From an uncultured Gammaproteobacteria bacterium (GTDB lineage: Bacteria > Patescibacteriota > Microgenomatia > UBA1406 > GWC2-37-13), in NCBI GenBank assembly GCA_964490875.1, contig CAZBEF010000007.1:5241-69240 (forward strand): a stretch of DNA of 64,000 bases. The letters are read 5' to 3'. This document shows, in pieces, positions 31,601 through 37,538 of this stretch; position 1 is the first letter of the stretch; each line of letters opens with the position of its first letter. The position numbers and the translations under genes are program-made. The notes under the pieces were generated by a model, which made no database searches, had not been told where the DNA came from, and saw only the letters and a program-made list of their open reading frames with translations.

Positions 31601-34010
31601 CTATACGCAATGGTCCGGATGAATTGTAGGTCAGGGTATCAAAATCATTCGCAGAAGCATCTTCAACACCGTTAATAAACATTTTTGCCGAAAGTAAATT
31701 CTTGGAAAATGCGACATGATACCATGTACCGGCAGTAAGGGCAGTTGATCCAGTTAATACATCATTTCCGCCGGATGAATTGTACCATTCGAATCGGAGC
31801 TTGTTATCGGACGATTGTACATACCACTGATAAGCATTAAACGGACTAACGCTATGACTTTTTCGAATAATAAATGCGTTTTGTCCGGTAGATGAAGGAA
31901 GTGCAGTCATTTTAATCCAGGCGCTTGCGGTAATATCAGACGGAGACAGGTTATCGCTGTCTGCGATTTGAATATAATCGTTGGTTCCATCAAACGCAGC
32001 CGCATTGCCGAATTTAGCAACTGTTGTAGAAGTGGCACCATTTGTCCAAGCACCGTCATTCAGATTTCCCGCTGAATCACACGAATCGTTGCTGCCTCCT
32101 GCACAGGTGTTGGCTGCTGATTCATCAAGTTTCCAATATCCAATCAATCCTTTATTTAAATAATCGTTAGAACCCGCGCCTAACATAACACTGTTTCCTT
32201 TTCCTGTCTGTCCGTTTGGACGGATTGCATCATTTTTTATTTGTGCGGCTGTCCTGGCATAGCCATAGTATTTTACTTCATCGATAAATCCGTCCCATGG
32301 GTTGCTGGAACCATCTGCATCTATACCGATTTTCATGGGAGACGCAGTCCCAGTAATTGAAGAAGAGGTAATAGATACATCCTGTGCAACCTGTTGTCCA
32401 TCGATGTATAATGTTATGCTCGAAGTTCCTGATTTAACTCCTGCAATATGGTGCCATTGATTATCGGCATACGAGGTAGTTGTGCACGCAGAATCTGATG
32501 GGAATGAACCTGCGGCATCATCAATACCAAAACATACGCCATTAGTTGCATCATAATAGAGTTTATATCCAATACCATTAACCCCGTCAGCACGGGAAAT
32601 TATTGTATCCGTTCCTGTTATTGTTGTGGGATGTTTAAACCAGCCAGAAATGGTAAAACTTCCAGTTCCCGGATCAAGCTCCGGATCACCTCCTGAGCCC
32701 GAGTTGGCTTTAAAAGTAGCAAGTGCAGAAGTCCAACGCTGATTGGTACCTGCAGTACCGCCGATTTCCATAGATTGTGAAGAAGTCAAGATCTGATAAC
32801 CCGATTTAATTGAAGTCGCGGAACCTGTTTGTGTGGCATTATATGTCCATCCTGGAATTAAACCACTCAGGGTAGTAGAGGCGGTAATTCCCATATATCC
32901 GACAGCGACTTCATTGGCATAGGTTGTAACGTCCTGTGTGGTTCCTGAATCCGGATTATTAGTGTTATTATTGTCGTTATAATCCATAGCCCATTGATCG
33001 AATGGGCTGGCTGAAATACCGGATAATTCTACAACGGATACACTCAACGAAGAAGATGCACTTCCGCTTACTCCTATCGAAGTCGCTCCGCTTGAAGTTA
33101 GTGAATACCACAGTTCACCGGTGTTTTGTATAGCCGTTGTTTGATGCCGGCAGTTGGTACATTCTGTATAAGTATTTCCACCATTATCTTGGACACTGTA
33201 TGTCCGGGTGGGGCCCTGGTTTGTCTGTAACATAACAACAACCAGATTTCCTGCAGTTGTACTACATGAAACGTTTAAATTAACACCTCCGCTGATATTT
33301 GTACCAGAATTACTACATTCCTTGACAAACTGTGCAAGGTTGCCACTTGTCCCTCCAGCTTTACTTATTGAATCGTTTGTTCCATCAAATTGAAGGCATT
33401 TACCCGAGACACAATTGTCTTCTGATTTCCAGCTGGCGCCAGAAAGTACCAGATCGTTTTGTTGAGGAGTGGAATCACATGCGTCATTCGTACCGTCTGA
33501 ACAAGTATTATCTATTCCTTCATCAAATTTCCAGTATGAGACAGGACCTGGTGAATTTTCTTCAGATCCAGGAGTACCGACCGAAGCATTGGTAGCTGCA
33601 GAGGAGAAATCAGAAGAAACGCCACCATTGGAAACAGTGGAATTTCCATAATAAATATAAATATCCTGAGCACCGGCGACTAAGGTATCGAAATTAATGT
33701 GGAATGAAGTAGAGGCAGTGCCACAGCCGGAGACAATATAATAAGGGAGGATTTCACCATTTTGTTTTACAAAGCGTACATCACCGCAGTCAGATTGAAA
33801 ACGGTTTGTATCTGATGTGTCAAAACTGGAGAGCGTTACATATTTATTCGATTCGGTTGAAGTATTATTAGTAACTGTAATTTTTTTCCGGTAGAGCCAT
33901 CCCTCGTTGTACCATTCTGCAGAAGGATTACTGTGCGGCCATAAGAGCCATAATCCGATGAGTCCTATTAGTAAGGGAATAATAAGCAGTCGATTCCATC
34001 TCAGCTTCAT
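28647..34010 (-). CDS. DUF2341-like + 6x LamG surface protein, paralogue 4, with a nested ~220-aa insert of unknown type
   Basis: 1787-aa ORF. The insert lies between FDGTNDSISKAGG and DPELDPGTGSFTISGWFKH of module 1. The C-terminus is LYAPITGSP. TATAAT-N6-ATG. Confidence 0.85.
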   Translation of the reverse strand: MKLRWNRLLIIPLLIGLIGLWLLWPHSNPSAEWYNEGWLYRKKITVTNNTSTESNKYVTLSSFDTSDTNRFQSDCGDVRFVKQNGEILPYYIVSGCGTASTSFHINFDTLVAGAQDIYIYYGNSTVSNGGVSSDFSSAATNASVGTPGSEENSPGPVSYWKFDEGIDNTCSDGTNDACDSTPQQNDLVLSGASWKSEDNCVSGKCLQFDGTNDSISKAGGTSGNLAQFVKECSNSGTNISGGVNLNVSCSTTAGNLVVVMLQTNQGPTRTYSVQDNGGNTYTECTNCRHQTTAIQNTGELWYSLTSSGATSIGVSGSASSSLSVSVVELSGISASPFDQWAMDYNDNNNTNNPDSGTTQDVTTYANEVAVGYMGITASTTLSGLIPGWTYNATQTGSATSIKSGYQILTSSQSMEIGGTAGTNQRWTSALATFKANSGSGGDPELDPGTGSFTISGWFKHPTTITGTDTIISRADGVNGIGYKLYYDATNGVCFGIDDAAGSFPSDSACTTTSYADNQWHHIAGVKSGTSSITLYIDGQQVAQDVSITSSSITGTASPMKIGIDADGSSNPWDGFIDEVKYYGYARTAAQIKNDAIRPNGQTGKGNSVMLGAGSNDYLNKGLIGYWKLDESAANTCAGGSNDSCDSAGNLNDGAWTNGATSTTVAKFGNAAAFDGTNDYIQIADSDNLSPSDITASAWIKMTALPSSTGQNAFIIRKSHSVSPFNAYQWYVQSSDNKLRFEWYNSSGGNDVLTGSTALTAGTWYHVAFSKNLLSAKMFINGVEDASANDFDTLTYNSSGPLRIGSDNGTTNFYGQIDDVRLYNRGLEPREIAALFNWAPGPVAYWKLDENTGTTTKDSSGNNNTSSAFSGTTSWQPGKFNSSVYFTGNNSVIRIPETTSTDLGAASESYTVSAWVKTIGTTGDRVVVGKMDYNDSSLAPFYLIIDNTNFVCFNIDSGSNPAACTPNNSLSANVWHYLTGVRDVATDKIYIYVDGILQGSATDSTTGSMKNDYDIAIGNGGNSYNQWDFLGNIDDVKIYNYVRTPAQIIEDMNGGHPMGGSPVGSQVGYWKFDEGALNTCSGGTNDFCDSSINANDLAFSGTAGGITLSGKFNKAFDGNAARWASRADDNDFDFAAADDFTVSAWIKTDGTASGTQYILNKSSATSQGYGIYGSSSGKVVFAIDDDTSWTPDDQVQSTTNIFDQAWHYIAARKTGTSKIDIFVDGRLEGSNTSLGATGSLSNAVAFYVGDRDGTDNGDEFNGDVDEVKIYRGALTDDQIKMDYVRGSSTVLGYTSTTSDGITADNSASREYCIPGDTATCNPPIGEWKMDENTGTTSTADTSGNNNNAAMNGSITASQWSPGKSGNAISFDGNNDYVQADNTTLYDMGTSTAFTISGWFKSNSAGTTQNIFMAINNTSNFYRIQLNGGFLRAQLVDTGSSNFCTLRNTSATVDDGKWHYFAAQFNRNASCTTSDIVIYIDGLKESTTVVSSGINTNVNLDESGIRIGGNSSFFNGLIDSIRLYDYIRTPSQIAWEYNRSNPVVQYKFDECSGTTIYNSMLTGDGQAAGNNGTITIGATGSNTSAGTCTGAATEAWKNGANGKFGSSLDFDGSNDYVNIGAVTALNPTTNGFSISTWAKATAWPSALQMLLAKYTSGLNGEYFLGIYQNKARAILVGTGGTKISNSSTTLTDNTWTHIVVTWSGVAADPLLIYINGQLNTSTEQNDSLTAFSTAVQGDYIGTRNSAADAFFDGQIDELRYYNFPLTSAQVKTLYNNNASVLYAPITGSP
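30135..30870 (-). repeat. conserved LamG module 4 cassette, copy in paralogue 4
   Basis: Same cassette. Approximate bounds. Confidence 0.8.
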
Positions 34011-34016
34011 TATTTC

Positions 34017-34022
34017 ATTATA
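34017..34022 (-). promoter_or_regulatory. -10 box TATAAT, 6 nt upstream of the LamG paralogue 4 ATG
   Basis: Minus strand: cacaTATAATgaaataATG. Confidence 0.5.
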
Positions 34023-34062
34023 TGTGATTATTGTTACAATGTGAGCGTAATTTTACCAGATA

Positions 34063-34467
34063 TCACAAGTGATGGGGCTCTAATTTCATCTGAAAATGAG
34101 GATCGTCAAGAAAAATTTTTATTGTGGCGCATACTTCTTCCGGATCAAATCGGACTTTGAGTATATATCCTTGGGCGCCTAATTGGAATGTATGTTCAAT
34201 GATTTCTTTGTCTGCAAGATTGGTAATCATCACAACCGGAATATCTTTGGTTTTTTTGTCGGATTTTAGTTTTTTCAGAACATCTATACCATGAATTTTA
34301 GGAAGCATTATGTCCAGCAGAATAAGATCCGGTTTCGTTTGTGCCTGTTCAAGAGCTTGTGTTCCATCTAGCGCAGTTACTACGGTGTACTGTTTTTTTT
34401 TAAGAACGTATTCGTACATTTCCCGGATAAAAATATCATCTTCAATAAGCAGAATTTTTTTAGACAT
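34063..34467 (-). CDS. single-domain response regulator (CheY-like receiver only)
   Basis: KILLIEDD, LILLDIMLP (acceptor Asp), VVMITN and GYILK motifs; no output domain. The start at MSKK is supported by TATACT-N6-ATG. The track start at 34482 is an alternative. Confidence 0.85.
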   Translation of the reverse strand: MSKKILLIEDDIFIREMYEYVLKKKQYTVVTALDGTQALEQAQTKPDLILLDIMLPKIHGIDVLKKLKSDKKTKDIPVVMITNLADKEIIEHTFQLGAQGYILKVRFDPEEVCATIKIFLDDPHFQMKLEPHHL

Positions 34468-34473
34468 GCTGTA

Positions 34474-34479
34474 AGTATA
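34474..34479 (-). promoter_or_regulatory. -10 box TATACT, 6 nt upstream of the response regulator ATG (34467)
   Basis: Minus strand: TATACTtacagcATG. Confidence 0.4.
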
Positions 34480-34492
34480 CATAGTATTCTGT

Positions 34493-34584
34493 CGTCATTC
34501 CCGCGGACGCGGAAATCAATAAAATTAGATCATCTGATTTTTATTGATTGTATTGTATGGATTCCTGCTTTCGCAGGAATGACG
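34493..34584. mobile_element. MITE-like hairpin-armed inverted-repeat element (family B), intergenic copy
   Basis: Left arm cgtcaTTCCCgcggacgcGGAAAtc, right arm ggATTCCtgctttcgcaGGAATgacg. The termini cgtcattcc/ggaatgacg are inverted repeats, separated by an AT-rich spacer of about 42 bp. It lies between the divergent response regulator and GT-C genes. Confidence 0.75.
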
Positions 34585-34596
34585 TATACACTCCTG

Positions 34597-34602
34597 TATA
34601 AT
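34597..34602 (+). promoter_or_regulatory. -10 box TATAAT, 6 nt upstream of in-frame GTG 34609 (GT-C gene)
   Basis: ctgTATAATcatggtGTG. Confidence 0.4.
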
Positions 34603-34608
34603 CATGGT

Positions 34609-36288
34609 GTGAAAATTTCAAATAGAGTGATATTTATTTCGATTATTATTTTTGTCTCTCTTCTTCATAGTGTATATCTACCCAATGGTTTTAACTGGCT
34701 TGATCATGGCGATATCGAACGGGGCAGAACAATTTTGCCGACTGCCTCATGGCCGATTCTTTTTGTCAGCCGCTTTGGACAAACCGGATTCTTTCGTCCA
34801 ATAGTCGCACTACTAAATAACATCGACTTTATTTCTTACGGACGTGTGGCAATGGGATATCATCTTACTAATGTTTTACTGCACATGGCAGTAGTACTGA
34901 TGACGCCGGTATTCCTTTCTGTTTTTTTCAAACTTACATACACAGAACAATTTTTAAGTATGGTAATCGTCGGTGTTGCTCCTATTCAGTGGCTGCCTGT
35001 TGGGGCCGTGGCATACCGCCCTGAGATTTTGTATACCTTTTTTGCTATGATTTCTATCTGGTGGTATCACAAGGGGAAGAATCTGACAGCGCTTTTCTTC
35101 TTTATTATGTATGCGCTTTTTTCTAAAGAAACTGCAGTGTATATGATTCCTGTTTTATTGCTTATGGTTGAATTGATGAAGAAGCATCACATAATTCCTG
35201 AAAAAAATATATCTAAACAGAAAATAACGCCCGTCATTCAAAGACTAAGTATTATCGTAGTATCGTTTGTTATTTATTGTGTGCTTCGTGCAATTGCGGT
35301 GCCTCAGATATGGACAGTTCGAAATATACCGCTTAGTTTTTCCGAAGCCTTAGGGACTCGGCTTGTCGCAATAGGAAAACTTGCTGCTCAAATTTTTTCA
35401 CCATTTCTTCCTGGTCTTTCGGACTCGACATACATCTACCAGATAAGTAGTATATTTGCCTTAATGAGCGCCATTGCTATATTAGGAAGTATTTACTACA
35501 TAGTTAGATGCGGTTTAAAATCTAATCTAGCTCGAGTTTTACTATTATTTTGGATTAGTCTTCTGCCGGCATTTAATATTCTTCCCGTCCCACGATTCAG
35601 CTCGCCCCATTATGGATATTTTGCCATGGTTATACTGCCGATGTTTTTTATTTTGTTGATGAGAACTGTCATCCCGATGAAGATCGGGATTCCATTAAAA
35701 AAAAGAAGTGTTTATCTACCGCTATCTGGTGCTAATGGGATTCCGGCCTATGCTGGAATGACATTGATTGGAGCATGGATCATAATCGCGGCCTATTCCA
35801 CATTTATCGGCGGTTTTAGATTCAAAAATGACTACACACTCTTTCAGCCGGCAGTGAAACAGGATGATAATTTTTTGGAAGGCCATCAATATCTGGGTGA
35901 TTACTATTTTTACCGTAACGAATTAAAGCCGGCCTCTGCACATTACGAACGGGCGCTAAAAAAAGAAAAAAACATAATCGCCTTTGTCGATACACCTTCG
36001 GTGCTAAATAATTTGGCCGGAGTCCGAATGATGCAGAATCGTTTTACAGAAGCGGACGCGATTCTCGTTTCACTTCAGAAATTACAAGGTGGAAAAGGAA
36101 ATCTTTCCGTCCGATATAACAGAGCTCTTATTGCATATAAACAGAAAAAATATCAGAAGGTAGTCGATCTTCTGTATGATTCATATAAAAAGTGGAACAG
36201 GCCGGAGCCAATTATTTTGCTCGGCGATAGTCTCAAGAAATTAGGAAAAGAAAAAGAAGCTAAAGTAGTATTAAAACTACTTCAGTAA
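34609..36288 (+). CDS. GT-C fold glycosyltransferase (PMT_2/TMTC-like) with C-terminal TPR
   Basis: Multi-pass membrane protein with FFRPIVALLN..GYHLTNVLLH, as in PMT/TMTC-type mannosyltransferases, and a TPR-like C-terminal region. A GTG start at 34609 is proposed because TATAAT (34597-34602) lies 6 nt upstream. The track ATG at 34579 lies inside a repeat arm. Confidence 0.7.
   Translation: MKISNRVIFISIIIFVSLLHSVYLPNGFNWLDHGDIERGRTILPTASWPILFVSRFGQTGFFRPIVALLNNIDFISYGRVAMGYHLTNVLLHMAVVLMTPVFLSVFFKLTYTEQFLSMVIVGVAPIQWLPVGAVAYRPEILYTFFAMISIWWYHKGKNLTALFFFIMYALFSKETAVYMIPVLLLMVELMKKHHIIPEKNISKQKITPVIQRLSIIVVSFVIYCVLRAIAVPQIWTVRNIPLSFSEALGTRLVAIGKLAAQIFSPFLPGLSDSTYIYQISSIFALMSAIAILGSIYYIVRCGLKSNLARVLLLFWISLLPAFNILPVPRFSSPHYGYFAMVILPMFFILLMRTVIPMKIGIPLKKRSVYLPLSGANGIPAYAGMTLIGAWIIIAAYSTFIGGFRFKNDYTLFQPAVKQDDNFLEGHQYLGDYYFYRNELKPASAHYERALKKEKNIIAFVDTPSVLNNLAGVRMMQNRFTEADAILVSLQKLQGGKGNLSVRYNRALIAYKQKKYQKVVDLLYDSYKKWNRPEPIILLGDSLKKLGKEKEAKVVLKLLQ
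35667..35763. mobile_element. family B MITE-like element inserted in-frame in the GT-C glycosyltransferase CDS
   Basis: Left arm tgtcATCCCgatgaagatcGGGATtcc, right arm gGGATTCCggcctatgctGGAATgaca. Translated in frame as VIPMKIGIPLKKRSVYLPLSGANGIPAYAGMT. Confidence 0.75.
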
Positions 36289-36293
36289 TAGTA

Positions 36294-36947
36294 TTACAGC
36301 TTAAATCTCCGTTTTGCAAGCTGTACTATGGTCGCTGCGGCGTCCTCGAGCTTAATCCGTTCGCTGGTGCGGAGGATGATATCGTAATGATGAGGAATTT
36401 TTGGATCGTTGCCGAATAAACCCTGAATAAAATTTTCGCGCTGGCTATCTGAATTTTGTATCAGCTGATTCGCTTCATTGTACGAAACATGTTCATACTT
36501 CATCAACCATTCAATCCGTTGTTCTATCTGGCAGATAAGCCGAACTTTCAAAGCTTCGGGGAATAAATACTGCGCTCCGCGGCCTACAATAATTGCATGT
36601 CCTTTGGCGCCTATTGCAGTGAGTAAAAGCAGCAAATCTTTGTGATATTTACTAAGACTCTGATACACTTCACCAACACGGCTTTCAATCTGTGCTTCTA
36701 CCATCGACTGGGTAATAGTATCAATCTGAGATTTAAACCAGTTGCTTAATTCTTCCTGATGGGCAACAATCTGTTCGAGAGTATCTTGATGGTAGACTTT
36801 CCATGGGTGGCCTAATCGTTCAGCCGCAAGGTACGCAATGGGTTTTCCGCCAGACCCTTTTTCACGCGAGATAGTAATAAGCGGTTTTTCTAACGAAGAT
36901 TTATTCTTAATTACTTTATTGTGGAATATATGCAAAAGTTTTTTCAT
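36294..36947 (-). CDS. cytidylate kinase-like family protein
   Basis: 217-aa ORF with a P-loop-like REKGSGGKPIA motif. Length and layout resemble the Cytidylate_kin2 family. AAGGA lies 7 nt upstream of the ATG. Confidence 0.55.
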   Translation of the reverse strand: MKKLLHIFHNKVIKNKSSLEKPLITISREKGSGGKPIAYLAAERLGHPWKVYHQDTLEQIVAHQEELSNWFKSQIDTITQSMVEAQIESRVGEVYQSLSKYHKDLLLLLTAIGAKGHAIIVGRGAQYLFPEALKVRLICQIEQRIEWLMKYEHVSYNEANQLIQNSDSQRENFIQGLFGNDPKIPHHYDIILRTSERIKLEDAAATIVQLAKRRFKL

Positions 36948-36967
36948 AAGTATTCCTTGATCTTTAG

Positions 36968-36973
36968 TATAAT
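36968..36973 (+). promoter_or_regulatory. -10 box TATAAT, 6 nt upstream of ATG 36980
   Basis: tagTATAATcattttATG. Confidence 0.5.
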
Positions 36974-36979
36974 CATTTT

Positions 36980-37495
36980 ATGGACAAAAATGTCAAGATA
37001 GTAGATGATGAATATGGAAAGTTCTGGGAATATCTTTCTCAGAACCAGAAAGATCTGATTTTAGAAGGTAATTTCCTGATGAATGACATCATCCGGCACA
37101 CGGAATATTCATTTAAAGATTATTCGTTTATTATTTTCCCGTACGCAAAGGCATACGAAGGATTCTTAAAAAAATTATTTCTTGATTTGGATTATATTTC
37201 ACACTTAGATTATATATCAGATCATTTACGACTGGGAAAACTGATGGCGCCGCAGCTTATTGACCATTTAGGCGAAAAGTCCCTCTACAAAAAAATTAAA
37301 GAACATTCAACAAAAGAGACTGCCGATATGATCTGGGAAACATGGAAAGTAGGGCGCAACCAGGTTTTTCATTATTTTCCGCATAATACTCGCTATGTAA
37401 CATTTGGTGAAGCGCAGCTTACCGTGAATCGAATTATCTTGACAATGAAAGAGGCGTTTGAAAAATTATACAGTCCCGCCTCCGTTCCGACTTAA
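36980..37495 (+). CDS. hypothetical protein with an Rx4H (HEPN-like) motif
   Basis: 171-aa ORF with TATAAT-N6-ATG and the motif GRNQVFH near the C-terminus. The last 7 codons and the stop lie inside a repeat hairpin. Confidence 0.6.
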   Translation: MDKNVKIVDDEYGKFWEYLSQNQKDLILEGNFLMNDIIRHTEYSFKDYSFIIFPYAKAYEGFLKKLFLDLDYISHLDYISDHLRLGKLMAPQLIDHLGEKSLYKKIKEHSTKETADMIWETWKVGRNQVFHYFPHNTRYVTFGEAQLTVNRIILTMKEAFEKLYSPASVPT

Positions 37496-37524
37496 CCGAG
37501 AACTACGGCGGGCAAGCCGAAGTC
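37472..37524 (+). repeat. heptamer-flanked GC hairpin element (AGTCCCGCC..N..GGCGGGCAAGCCGAAGTC)
   Basis: agtCCCGCCtccgttccgacttaaccgagaactacGGCGGGcaagccgaagtc. It spans the stop codon of the upstream gene and precedes the ATPase start. Homologous to 38964-39025. Confidence 0.7.
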
Positions 37525-37538
37525 TTACTCAACATTAT

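Noticed and set aside
13744-33651. Numerous 60-170-aa ORFs on both strands within the four LamG genes (for example 24514-24828, 29790-30296, 30520-30894)
   Set aside because: They lie wholly inside ORFs of 4.6-6 kb that have clear domain motifs. They recur at the conserved cassette only because the DNA is repeated, and no independent signals are present.
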